DNA from: Dictyostelium discoideum
Lineage: Eukaryota
Assembly: GCA_000004695.1 (NCBI GenBank)
Contig: CM000153.2
Location: 4,544,001 to 4,608,000, forward strand
Direction of reading: 5' to 3'
DNA: 64,000 bases
Part shown: piece by piece, positions 41,391 to 53,822 of the stretch
Position numbering within the stretch: the stretch's first letter is position 1
Layout of the letters: the number at the start of each line of letters is the position of its first letter
The notes under the pieces: generated by a model
What the model was told of the DNA's origin: nothing
The model's input: the letters and a program-made list of their open reading frames with translations, nothing else
Databases searched by the model: none
Program-made: the position numbers and the translations under genes

Positions 41391-42258
41391 AAAAAAGCAA
41401 TTAATAATTTCAGGATTTGATAAAGTTTTTGAAATTGGTAAACAATTTAGAAATGAAGGCATTGATTTAACACATAATCCAGAATTTACAACATGTGAAT
41501 TTTATCAAGCATATGCAGATTATGAAACAATGATGACAATGACAGAGGAATTATTAAGTGGTATGGTTTATGATACATTGGGTAGTTATGAGGTGGTGTT
41601 ACCATCGAATCCAGATATTAAAATTAATTTTAAAGGACCATATCAAAGAATTAATTTCATTGATAAAATTCAAGAACTTACTGGTAGACAATTGCCAGAG
41701 GATTTAGTATCATATGATTGTATACCTGAATTATTGGATATTTGTAATGAGAATAATATAAGATGTAAAGAACCATATACACCAACTAGAATATTGGATG
41801 AAATGGCATCGACTCTATTGGAACCATTATGCATCCAACCAACATTCATCCAAGATCATCCATTGGCAATGTCACCATTGGCAAAGATACACCGTAATTC
41901 AGCACAACGTACTGAAAGATTCGAACTATTCGTCGGTGGTAAAGAATTGGTTAATGCATACAGTGAATTAAATGATCCAAAAGAACAAAGAAAAAGATTC
42001 CTCGCTCAATCAATGGATCGTACAAGTGGTGATGAAGAAGCTCAAATACTTGATGAATCATTTTGTAATTCATTAGAATTAGCATTACCACCAACTGGTG
42101 GTTGGGGTTTAGGTATCGATCGTTTATGTATGTTATTCTCAAATACAACTACAATTAAAGATGTTATATTATTCCCAACTATGAAACCAATTAATCAACA
42201 AAAACAAGATAATAATCAACAACAACAACAACAACAAGAACAAGATAAAAAAGTATAA
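40316..42258 (+). CDS. Lysyl-tRNA synthetase (class II). 2 exons: join(40316..41302,41398..42258). Intron 41303..41397 has donor GTAAGT and acceptor AG. The N-terminus looks like a mitochondrial presequence, so this is probably the organellar isoform.
   Basis: The spliced junction gives [56 protein letters not shown]. This matches the class II motif-2 region of LysRS ([52 protein letters not shown]). Motif 3 is GGWGLGIDRLCMLFSNTTTIKDVILFP. The OB anticodon-binding fold lies upstream. Confidence 0.9.
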
Positions 42259-42342
42259 ATAAATTTTATTTTATTTTTTATTTTTATTTCTTCTAAAAAT
42301 TCTATTTGTTTTGTTTTTTGTATTTTATTTTATTTTATTTTA

Positions 42343-43173
<831 letters not shown>

Positions 43174-43625
43174 TTTACTATATAAATTTACTAATATTTA
43201 ATAAAAAATATACAAATAATAAAAAAAAAAAAAAGAAATAATAATATTAAAATATAGGGGTATCGTGTTCAATGATAATAAAAAAAAAAAAAAAAAATTG
43301 AATTTTTTTTTTTTTTTTCTTTTTTTTTTTTTTTTTCAGTCCACCTCTTTTTATTTTTTTTTTTTTTTTTTATTTATCGATTGATCCTTTTTTTATTATT
43401 TTTTTAAAGTAAAAACACAATAAATTAAATTTAATTTTTTATGATAAAATTAATTCTAATTTCTTTTTTTTTTAATTATTTTAATTATTTTTTTTTTTAT
43501 TTTTTTATTTTATTAATATTTACAAGTTTCCAAAGAATATCATTTTTTTTTTAAATTTTCTTTTTCTATACATAGGTTATTTTTTATATATTAAAAAAAA
43601 TAAAAAAAAAAATAAAAAAAATTGA

Positions 43626-44016
43626 TTATAAATTATCTTCATCTCTAATTACAGCTTCTTCACCTAAACTATTTTTAATTTCTTTTAAAACTTCTTTGGC
43701 ATCAATTCTATCCTCACAATCTTCAATTACTAAATGTACTTCAACTTCTGATGATGGTGCAATATTTAATATTTGTAACATTTCACCTGTTAAAATTTTA
43801 CAACCTGATGTATCTGCTAATTTAGTTACACTCTTTTTACATTCTTTAACTGATTCAATGGTTTGTTTTGATGCTGGTGTTGTTTCTAAATATCTAATTA
43901 CATTATTAACAAATTCATTTAATAATACTTGTTCCTCAATTCTTCTTTTATGTTTTAATAGTTGAAGTACTTCAAAATTTGTAATAATTTCTTCTTTATC
44001 TTTTTTTATTCTAAAA

Positions 44017-44051
<35 letters not shown>

Positions 44052-44182
44052 AAAATAAAAAAAATTATAAAAAATAATAAAAAATTATAAAAAATTATAA
44101 AATTTTTTTTTTTTTTTTTTGATAATATTAGAAATTGAATATGTTTTAATAATATTTCGATTATTATTTTTTCCTATTTTAC
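43626..44182 (-). CDS. RNA polymerase III subunit RPC9 (Rpb4-like; CGRP-receptor component protein homolog). 2 exons: join(43626..44010,44175..44182). The first coding exon is only 8 nt (ATGAAAAT). Intron 44011..44174 has donor GTAAAAT and acceptor TTTTAG.
   Basis: The spliced product MKIKKDKEEIITNFEVLQLLKHKRRIEEQ...KILTGEMLQILNIAPSSEVEVHLVIEDCEDRIDAKEVLKEIK aligns with human CRCP/RPC9 (LLSNYEVFQLLTDLKEQRK...[40 protein letters not shown]). The plus-strand ORF 43696..43965 is antisense junk. Confidence 0.7.
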
Positions 44183-44406
44183 ATTTTCATTTCAACTTTT
44201 GAAAACTTTTGCCAACAAACTACCAATTTTTATTTTTTTTTTTTTATTTTTTTTTTTTTTTCACAATTTTTTTTTTTTTTTTTAATTTTTTTTTATTTAT
44301 TTTTATTTTTTTTATTTTTATATATTTTATTTTTTATTTTTTTTTTTTTTAATTTCAAATTTTTAATTTTTAATTCAAATAAATATAAATATATAATATA
44401 CAAATA

Positions 44407-46411
44407 ATGGTTAAAAGTAGAGATTCTGATTCCGATGATGATTTGGATGAGGAGTTATTTCAATTAACTGAAAAGAAATCAAATAAAAGAGTATATTATT
44501 TATATGAATATTCATTATTTATTAAATTATTTTATTATTATTATTAATATATACTAATTTTATTAATATTTTTATTTATATTTTATTTTTATCATTTATT
44601 ATTTATTATAGATTAAATCAAATGAATCAAGTGATGAAGATTTTGAAGAAAATAAAAATAAAAAAAAGAAAACATCAGGACCAGGTAGAAAGAAAGGTTC
44701 AACATCAATGCAACAATCAACTATAAACTATGGTAGTAGTCGTAGGAATAGAGGTGCATCAATTGAGAATGATGATGATTTTAATGATGGTTATGATGAA
44801 GATTTATATAAAGATGATAATGATAGATATGAACTTTCATTATTACCAGAAATTGATAGAGAAAATATATTATCAGAAAGATATGAAAAGAGAAAAGAAG
44901 CAAGAGAACTTTGGTTACAACAAAAATCAATTAGAGATAGAGAAAAGAAATCTGGTTCACAAGTTGACAATAAATTAAAATCACAATCATCAACTAGAGG
45001 ACGTAGTGAAAAAGAGGATAGACAAAGAGAAGCATTAAAAGATTTACAAAAGAAAAGAGAGAAATCTAAAAAAGATAAAGAAGAGGAGGAGGATAGCGGC
45101 GGTGGTGGTGGTGGCGGTACTACAGGTAGTGCATCAAGTAGTAATAATAACACACCAACTTCATTATCAGCCAATTCAACACCAAAAACTTCATCATCAA
45201 GAATTGAACAAGATAATCGTGATAGAGGTAGAGAAAAAGAGAGAGAACGTGAGCGTGAACGTGAACGTGAAAGAAATATAGAGAAAGAGATTCAAAGATC
45301 AGTTGATACATTAAATATCAACTTAATGAATCAATGTAGATTATCAAGAAATATGTTGGTTAAATGGGTTGATCAACCTTATTTTGAAAGGTATGCACCA
45401 AACTTTTTCGTACGTGTTGTTATTGGTTCACATTTAAATAATCCAATCTATAGAATTGCAGAGATTGTTGAAATTCGTACAGGTCATAAACAATATAAAG
45501 TAGAGAATAAAGAAACTGATAAACTTTTGGTACTATCCTATGCTGGCTCAACTAAAGAGTTTGGTATTGAGAATGTTTCAAATAATGCAATCACACCAGC
45601 CGAACACGAGAAATGGATCTCTGATATGGTACGTGCTAAACAAGTTTTACCAACACCTGAAGAGATTGATATGAAGATTGGTGATATTAAGAAAGCTCAA
45701 GATTATACCTACACCAATGAAGATATTGAAAAGAGAGCATCTGACAGAAGTAAATATCTAAAGACTCCTGTCAATATTGCCATTGAAAAGGCGAAATCAA
45801 TTGCACTTCGTGAAACATTGGATCCACAATCACAAGAATATAGAACCATTTGTGAGAAAATTGAAGAGTTGACAAAGTTGGCAATAAGCATTAAAGAAGA
45901 GAATGTTTCAAAGGTTGATCAATTAATTCAAACCATTAATAAAAAGAATAAATCATTAAACTTTAAATATCAATCAACTACTCAAACTTCAACTGAACAA
46001 GTTTCAAATGAATTTGATCCATTTGCAAGAAGAAAAACTAGAAATTGTGCTGTAGTTGCTGCTGATACTTCAAGTATAGTCATTTCACCAACCAATTCTA
46101 CAACTCCAACTACTACCAGTCCAATTAATGCTACTTTATCACCATCTGCTCAATTTTTAGAGAAATCAAAAAATTCAACTACCACCACTTCCACTAATGA
46201 TTCTAATAATACTCGTTCACTTTATGACGTTCATAGATCAATCGATTTAAATATTCATATTCCTGATCATCCAAATAAAATTTTATCAATGCAACCAAAA
46301 AGGAAAAGACAAATCATTCCTGCAAATATTGTTAAAAATGATCATTCAATGTTTAAAAATATTTTATCATTAAATGAATATTTAATTAAAAGAGATTCAA
46401 TGGTTCAATAA
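44407..46411 (+). CDS. rtf1: RTF1 homolog (Paf1-complex subunit; Plus3 domain). 2 exons: join(44407..44490,44612..46411). Intron 44491..44611 has donor GTATAT and acceptor TATAG.
   Basis: The Plus3 domain is clear: LSRNMLVKWVDQPYFERYAPNFFVRVVIGSHLNNPIYRIAEIVEIRTGHKQYKVENKETDKLLVLSYAGSTKEFGIENVSNNAITPAEHEKWISDM. Acidic and basic low-complexity N-terminus. The short first exon (MVKSRDSDSDDDLDEELFQLTEKKSNKR) joins in frame. Confidence 0.8.
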
Positions 46412-46676
46412 AATAAAATAATAAAAAAAATAAATAAAAAAAAAAGAATATTAATCTTGAAATACAATATATTTGTTTTGTTTTTTTTAGCAATTAATAA
46501 AATTAAATAAATTTGTAATAGGTTGATAATGTTTTCTATTTTCAAGCAAAACACCAAATATTTAAATAAAAGTAATAATAAAAGAAAACACACAATAAAA
46601 AAATCATTTTAAAATATACATATATTATTATTTTTTTTTGATGTTTTTTGAAAAAAAAAATTTATTTATTCAAATC

Positions 46677-47594
46677 TTAATCAAAGAGACCCATACCCAT
46701 ATCATCATCTGATTCTTCTTTCTTTTCTTCGACGACGACTTTCTTGGCAGCGGCAGCTGGAGCAGCAGCGGATGGAGCGGCAGCAACTGGGGCAGCAGCA
46801 GCGGCTGATTTGAATTTTTCAGCAGCATCGAAAGTGTAAGAGGTTTCGAATGAGATGGCTAATAAATTCTTGAAAGCATTCATGACTGAATGTGGAATTG
46901 AAGCAACGGTTGGGTAACCAATTTCCAAGGAGATGGCAGCAATGTTGAAGATACCTTGTTTGAATTTGTTGATGAGATCTTCTTCAGAGATAGATGGTGA
47001 ATAACAGGCACCAGCATCATAGATGATTTTTGGTTCTAAACCATAGGTGAATGGTTTGATGTTCAATTTTTGTAAGAGGGTAGCTTCTGAGGCACCAACT
47101 TTTTGACCGGTTTTAATGATGTGGACTTCATTGACGATATCGATTTGACCTCTGTTGATTTTAGTGGCAATCTTTAAATCTTGGAGGAAAGAGGTTTGGG
47201 TTGGTTCCATACCAGTTGGACCGGCTGGGATGATAACATCGTTTGGAGCGAAAACACCTGCTTTAGCTGGGGCACCAACACGTTGAGTATTGATAACACG
47301 TTTAACTTCAGCGATGTTATCTTTACAGAAAATGATACAGGTGTTTTGTTTTAAGTAGGTATTTAAGGCATCGAGTTCTGGTTTAGAATCAGCTAAATCA
47401 CGGATGACCTTACGGATCATAGTCTTCTTACCCATGAGAACGGCACCGATACCACGGATGGATTTTCTGATCTTTTGTAATTGGCTTGAACCTACAAAAT
47501 CAGCTTCGGCGACGATCATTTTGTCGTAAGTGGTGAAAAGCTTGGTAGCTTTTTCAATGAAAACGTTCTTTCTTTTACTTCCTGCCCCGGACAT
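46677..47594 (-). CDS. rplp0: 60S acidic ribosomal protein P0 (uL10), 305 aa, single exon. GC content is markedly elevated (a highly expressed gene).
   Basis: Full-length collinear match to P0: MSGAGSKRKNVFIEKATKLF...VGSSQLQKIRKSIRG.AVLMGKKTMIRKVIRD..., and the C-terminal acidic stalk tail ...EEKKEESDDDMGMGLFD. Confidence 0.95.
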   Translation of the reverse strand: MSGAGSKRKNVFIEKATKLFTTYDKMIVAEADFVGSSQLQKIRKSIRGIGAVLMGKKTMIRKVIRDLADSKPELDALNTYLKQNTCIIFCKDNIAEVKRVINTQRVGAPAKAGVFAPNDVIIPAGPTGMEPTQTSFLQDLKIATKINRGQIDIVNEVHIIKTGQKVGASEATLLQKLNIKPFTYGLEPKIIYDAGACYSPSISEEDLINKFKQGIFNIAAISLEIGYPTVASIPHSVMNAFKNLLAISFETSYTFDAAEKFKSAAAAAPVAAAPSAAAPAAAAKKVVVEEKKEESDDDMGMGLFD

Positions 47595-48515
47595 CTTGTT
47601 GTGTATGAGAATTTAAAGATAAAGTCTGATAATAATAAAAATTATAATTAATATTCAATCCTTTATCAATTATTTTTTTTTTTTTCTAATCTAATCTTTA
47701 ATCTTTATAGATATATGATCAAATTAATGTCATAGTTTCGTTAAAGATTAAAGATTAAATATGTGATATGTAATCATCTCTGTCTAACTATCCATCAATC
47801 TCAATCAATATAAAATTATACATACAATACTGAGACTAAACTTTGAAAAAAAAAAAAAAAAAATTTTTATAGCCCCGCACAAAATTTTTGGAAACGAAAA
47901 AAAAAAAAAAATTTTCTCAATTTTTTCAGCATATCCCCATAAAAATAATAACGTTTGATTATTTATTTATGAATGTAAATAATCTATTTATATTTTCAGA
48001 TAAAATTCTCAAAAATTAAAATTATATATAAATAATATATAATATCTTTTAAAAAATTCAAATAAAAAAGAGATTAATTTTTTGAGATATAAAAAATTAA
48101 AATAATTATTATATTATAATAATAAAAAAAAAAAAAAAGGAAATAAAAATACAAGAAAGAAATACAAATTATATTAAATAAATAAAGGTATTTATTTTCA
48201 CCCCTACCACTTCTTTTTCTTTATTTTTTTTTTATTTTTTTTTATTTTTATTTTTTTTTTATTTTTTTTATTTTTTTTTTATTTTTTAAAATTTGTTTTT
48301 TATTTTTTATTTTTTAAAATTTATTTTTTATTAAAAAAAAAACAAAACGGAAAAAAAGACAAAAAAGATATTATAACATAAAATAGTTTATTTTTTTCTT
48401 ATTATCATATAAAAAAATAAAAAATTTTAAAAGAAAAAAAATAAAAAAAATAAAAAAATAAAACAATAAAGCAATATTATTAAAAATAAAAAAAAAGTTA
48501 AAATTAAATAATAGT

Positions 48516-48520
<5 letters not shown>

Positions 48521-48583
<63 letters not shown>
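48521..48583. repeat. (AAT)21 microsatellite immediately 5' of the ACMSD start codon.
   Basis: Direct reading. It ends 3 bp before the ATG at 48587. Confidence 0.9.
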
Positions 48584-48585
<2 letters not shown>

Positions 48586-48586
48586 T

Positions 48587-49761
48587 ATGGAAAATAAAGA
48601 AACTACAACAACAACAACTACAACAAATAATGGTAGTGATAAAAAAAAAAGAAGTTTAAAAATTGATTTACATACACATATTTTACCAAAGAATTGGCCA
48701 AATTTAAAAGAGAAATATGGTTATGGTGGATGGGTGTCGTTAGATCATCATTGTTCATGTAAAGCAAAGATGATGATAGATGGTAAATTTTTTAGAGAGA
48801 TCGATAGTAATTGTTGGGATCCAGATGTAAGAATTCAAGAGTTAAATAGGGACGATGTTGATATCCAAGTTTTATCGACAGTACCAGTCATGTTTGGGTA
48901 TTGGGCCAAACCTCAAGATGCATTAGATTTAGCACAATATTTAAACGATCATATAGCACAAGTAGTATCAGAGAACCCAAAACGTTTCATTGGTTTAGGA
49001 AGTTTGCCAATGCAATGCACAGAGTCATCGATTCAAGAGTTACGTCGTTGCATTTTAGAGTTGGGTTTACCAGGTATTCAAATTGGTAGCAATGTAAATG
49101 GAAAGAATTTGGACGACCCATCTTTATTCCCAATCTTTGAGGAATGTGAGAAATTAGGTGCTGCAGTTTTCATTCATCCTTGGGAAATGGTGGGTAAAGA
49201 TAGAATGCCACAATATTGGTTACCTTGGTTAGTAGGTATGCCTGCTGAAACTTGTTTAGCCATTTGTTCAATGATTTTCGGTGGAGTTTTCCAACGTTTA
49301 CCAAATTTAAAGGTTTGTTTTGCTCATGGTGGTGGCTCATTTCCCTTTACTATTGGACGTATCGAACATGGTTTTAATGCTCGTCCAGATTTATGTGCTG
49401 TCGTTAATCCAATTAATCCTCGTGAATACATTGGTAAATTTTGGGTTGATTCTTTAGTTCACGATGAAGAAGCTCTTAAATTTTTAGTAAATTTAATGGG
49501 TGAAAAAAAGGTAACATTAGGTACTGATTATCCATTTCCTTGTAAGTAAAATTTAATTTTTTTTTTTATTATATATATATATTCACCAAGAGAGAAATAT
49601 TAATTACTTTTTTTTTTTTTAAAAAAACTTCAAAAGTGGGCGAATTAGTTCCTGGTCAATTAATTGAATCAATTAAAGAATTTAGCGAAACAACTAAAGA
49701 AAATCTTTTAGGTGGTAATGCATTGGAATTTTTGGGGTTGGATCCAAATAAATATTTATAA
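48587..49761 (+). CDS. acmsd: 2-amino-3-carboxymuconate-6-semialdehyde decarboxylase (ACMSD; amidohydrolase-2 family). 2 exons: join(48587..49541,49637..49761). Phase-1 intron 49542..49636 has donor GTAAGT and acceptor AG.
   Basis: LKIDLHTHILPKNWPNLKEKYGYGGWVSL.HH...CWDPDVRIQELNRDDVDIQVLSTVPVMFGYWAKPQDALDLAQYLNDHIA...[62 protein letters not shown]...LGTDYPFP|LGELVPGQLIESIKEF is near-collinear with human ACMSD (MKIDIHSHILPKEWPDLKKRFGYGGWVQL...[54 protein letters not shown]...GTDYPFPLGELEPGKLIESMEEF). Confidence 0.9.
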
Positions 49762-50245
49762 ATACATACATTGTTTTTTTTTTTTTTTTTTTTAGAAACT
49801 TTTTTTAAATTTTTTTTTTTCTTTAAAAAAAAAAAACAAATACAAAAAAATAAAATAAAATAAAAACAAAGGAAAATATTTTAATTTTATTCTTTTATTT
49901 TTTTATTTTTTTTTATACCTATTAAAGTTAAATCTTGATTTTTACCATTGGTGTTTTAGCAATATTTAAACAATTAACAATTTTTATTTTTTATTTATTT
50001 TTCTCAATTAAGTGTAATAGGTTTTGTTTTTTATTGTTTCCAAATCTTTAAAATAAAGTATTTATTATATTTGTAATTATGTTTTTTTTTTATATTTCCT
50101 ATTTTTGGTATTGTTTTTGAAATAAAATTAATTTTATTTTCATTTTTATTTTTTTGACAATTAAACTTTAAATAAAAAATTTAAAAATCTTATTGAAATA
50201 TAAATTAATATTTAAAATTGTTTTATTTTATTTTAAAGGTGGTTT

Positions 50246-51140
50246 TTAAAGTTTTGTACCAACACCAATATAACTGTATGATTTTAATTGTAATTTATTA
50301 TTTTCTAAAGATCTTTTTGGATTTTTTGATTTTGCAATTTCAATAAATAGTGAATCAAATTTTAATTTTAATTCATCAGTATGCAATAGATCTAAACAAT
50401 CAACATATGCAGGATTACTTTTTAATAATATTGAGAGATCTGATAATTCATTTACTTCTAATGGATGTTCAATTCTTGTAATTGAAACATCAATAAAACC
50501 AACTGATTCTAAATGATTTTTAAATTCCAATTCATTTGAAAGTGATGATGCCAATTGTTTGTGAGTTGTTGGTTTACCATTATTTTGTTCTGTTAATAAT
50601 TGATTTAAAGTTTCTCTAAAGATTTCTGGTAAAAATGAATCGGAGCACCATGATGCAATTGCGGTACGACTTTGATTATTTGATTTTAAAACTCTGTACA
50701 TTTCTTTCATGCCTTTTATTAAATCTGGAAAGAAAATTAATCCAAATATACTAAATGTATAATCAATTGAATCATTTTCAATTGAAATTAAATTCTGACC
50801 ATCCATTATATGGGTTTCAATATTTTTTAAATCATTTTCTTTAATGATTTTATAAAGAATTTCAATCATATTTGTTGAGAAATCAGTTGCAATAAATTTG
50901 GAGTTTTTTAAAAATTTCATTCGCTACAATTGTTAATGGTCCTGTACCACATGCAATGTCTAATATTTTCATTGGTTTTTCTTGATTTTCTTTTGGAATT
51001 GTTAAATTTATTGCATCAATTGCAAAAAGAGTTGTAAATCCAGTTGGTTTTGCAAAATTGTTTAAAAAAACTTGGGCAGTTTTATCCCATCCTTTTGATG
51101 ATGTTTGATTTAAATTGCTTTGAATATTTTCTAATGACAT
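50246..51140 (-). CDS. Class I SAM-dependent methyltransferase (Methyltransf_11/25-like). The coding region is interrupted by a +/-1 frameshift between 50886 and 50935, so as assembled it is a pseudogene or carries a sequencing error.
   Basis: ORF 50883..51140 carries motif I (KILDIACGTGPLTIVANE). ORF 50246..50920 carries the remainder of the Rossmann fold (FIATDFSTNMIE...IMDGQNL...FSIFGLIFFPD...MYRVLKSN). The two ORFs are offset by one nucleotide and overlap across gaaatttttaaaaaactcc (T5/A6 runs). No GT...AG intron fits. Confidence 0.65.
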
Positions 51141-52365
51141 TATTAAAAATAAAAAAAATTAAAAAAAAAAAAAAAAATTTTTTGATAAAAATAGATGTTG
51201 TGGAAAAAAAAAAAAAAAAAAAAAAATAATTCAAGTTTCTTTTTTTTTTTGGAAATCAAAAAGAAGTTTATTTTAGAATAAATAAATATAAATTATATTT
51301 TTTTTTGGGTTTTTTTTTTTTTTCGATATTTTGAAACCAATCCCAATAAAACTAAAGGTTTATAATTATTTTTTTTTATTACCTAAAAATCTTTTTTTGA
51401 TTTTTTGATTTTACAATTTCAATCCAAATTTTATATTTTATTCATTGAACTGTAGTTCTTTTATAATGAGAATGGAATATTTTATATTAGTTATTTATTT
51501 ATTATTTCATTTGTTGGAATTGCAGGTGAAAAGAAAACAACAGGATTTCCCCATAATAATAAACTGGTAACAAGCAATTGAAATTTTTTGATGGGTCGCG
51601 ACGTTTATAAATTTATTCTCCATATCAACCATTCTTGAAATGATTACAGAGTTTTACCATTCTCACCAATTGCAGTGTCTGTGGTATTTGGACCTGCATG
51701 ATCCAATAAAGTTAGTGGATTTGGTATTTGAATATTCATTCTATTTTTAAATTTGTGAGGGTGAATGTATTTTTTTGCGTTTTTTTGCGGTGTTTTGCCT
51801 TTTTTATAAATAATAGGGACCATTTTTTCTAAAAAAAACCAAATATAATAAATTAGGTGTACTGGTTTATTGAATTTAATTATAATTATTATAATAAGAT
51901 AAACAAAAAAGAGATTAATAGTTTATTTGTATATTTAAGATAGTAAAGAAAACACAATGATTTTGATTTTTATTTAATATTTTTAGAGTATTTATATTAA
52001 TTTTTTTGAGTACCAGGATTAACCTTCTAAAGTCAGTTAGTATTTAATATTATTTATTGTAACGACAAACCTTCTAAAGTCGGTTATGACTAGTAACTGA
52101 ATTATATTATGATTCTTATGATTTCCATATTAATATCAATACATAAATCCAAGTTAGTTTTTTTTTTTTTTTAATAACATCACTCAATTTGAGTGTGTTC
52201 TAGGAGAGTTTATTTGTTTTTTTTTTTTTTTTTTTTTTTTTTCTTTTTTTCTTGTTATTCTTATTTTTTTTTTTATTATTATTATTATTATATTATTATT
52301 ATTATTATATTATTATTATTATATTATTATTATTATTATATTATTATTATTATTATTATTGTTAT

Positions 52366-52409
<44 letters not shown>

Positions 52410-53722
52410 AGTAGTTGGTGTTATATGAGCAGTATGGTATGAAGTGTTCCGGGATGTTTATGGTCATGAGTTTCGAGTTCCAGTTGTGGCTGAATTTTTC
52501 GAGTCTTCTTTTTATTGATGCGGTCCGATTGATTGACTCTCGGTTATCAGTGCATCTTAGTTCTTGACGTAGTTGTTTTTCTACTATCTTTCTTGTTCTA
52601 TCCCATTCGGCATCTCTCGCTTTTTTGATTTTATGAATTATTTGGTTCTCTGTTATTATTGTAGTGTTATCGTTGAATTTTATTTGATTTCTTCTGTACC
52701 ATATCGATTCCATAATGGCTCCTATCAGATTTGATGAGAATGGTGTGAGTAGTTTTCCGAGAACTTTTTCGCTCCATGGACCGTGGTAAGTGTTGTTGGA
52801 GTCTTTACAGACCTTTTGATAGATTGAGTCGATATTCTGTTTTATTGATTTGCATTCGAAGAAGATGTGCATAGACGATTCTTCTTCTTTACATGAGTGG
52901 CAATTCTCCCCATGGTGTTTTGGAAGTGCCTTGAGTAGATATCTCCATGCTAAGTCTCTTCCTTTGATAGTTGTGATTGATCTGGCTTCTCTGAATGGTA
53001 GAATTGGGTGATTAATGTTCTTTTGAATCAGTTTTTGACCTGTTGTTGGCTGGTGTTTGTTCCATCCCTTGTATTTGATATCCATCATGTTTCTATAGAT
53101 TACTTTTAATTTTTGTTTGTTTTCGTATTTGGGTTTGACTTGGTTTAGTTTGAGAGTTATTCGCTCTCTTGGGTGGTGCAACAACTTCCAGGCTTTCCAG
53201 CATTTGATGTGAATCCTTGATAGTGAGTTTTCTTTTTCCGACTTCCAGACTTCCATATGTGGAGGGCAGTTCTGGTCGTCTTTTTCTCTGAGGTATTGTT
53301 CGTATATCCATGCTTTCTGGGCATTGGATCTGGTTGCCATATTCCAGAGTTCCAGGCCTCCAATTTCATAGTCTCTTCTGCTCCTTTCTTTTGAGATAGC
53401 CCACCTGTCCCCTTTGAATAACATGTTGGCATTAACGTTCTCCAGTTTCTTTATGTCATTTATTTCGTTGATGTATAGTTGGAATGTTAGTTGGGACAGC
53501 AGGTATGATTTGAGGATTGTGATTCTACCTTTTAGCGTTGATGACACGCTCGAATAGCATTTTGTGAGGTTTTCCAGTTTGTTCACCGTATCATCTACTT
53601 TGCTTATTACACCTTTGCGGTTGAAGAAAAAGCCAAGATATCTTTCTTCTTCTTTCGCCCCAATTGTCTTATATTTGGTCTTTATCTTTGGGTTTTTAGT
53701 GATGCACACACATTTATTATCG

Positions 53723-53822
53723 NNNNNNNNNNNNNNNNNNNNNNNNNNNNNNNNNNNNNNNNNNNNNNNNNNNNNNNNNNNNNNNNNNNNNNNNNNNNNN
53801 NNNNNNNNNNNNNNNNNNNNNN
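53723..53822. other. Assembly gap (100 N) inside the TRE5-A-like element.
   Basis: Run of n. Confidence 1.

Noticed and set aside
43696-43965. 89-aa plus-strand ORF.
   Set aside because: The opposite strand gives a clear RPC9 homologue across a spliced gene. This ORF is its antisense.
44730-45311. Alternate-frame and antisense ORFs inside RTF1.
   Set aside because: Overlap a well-supported CDS. Composition-driven.
52193-52414. Poly-Phe/Tyr/Ile ORF.
   Set aside because: Translation of the TRE5-A poly(A) tail and the adjacent (ATAATA)n on the opposite strand.
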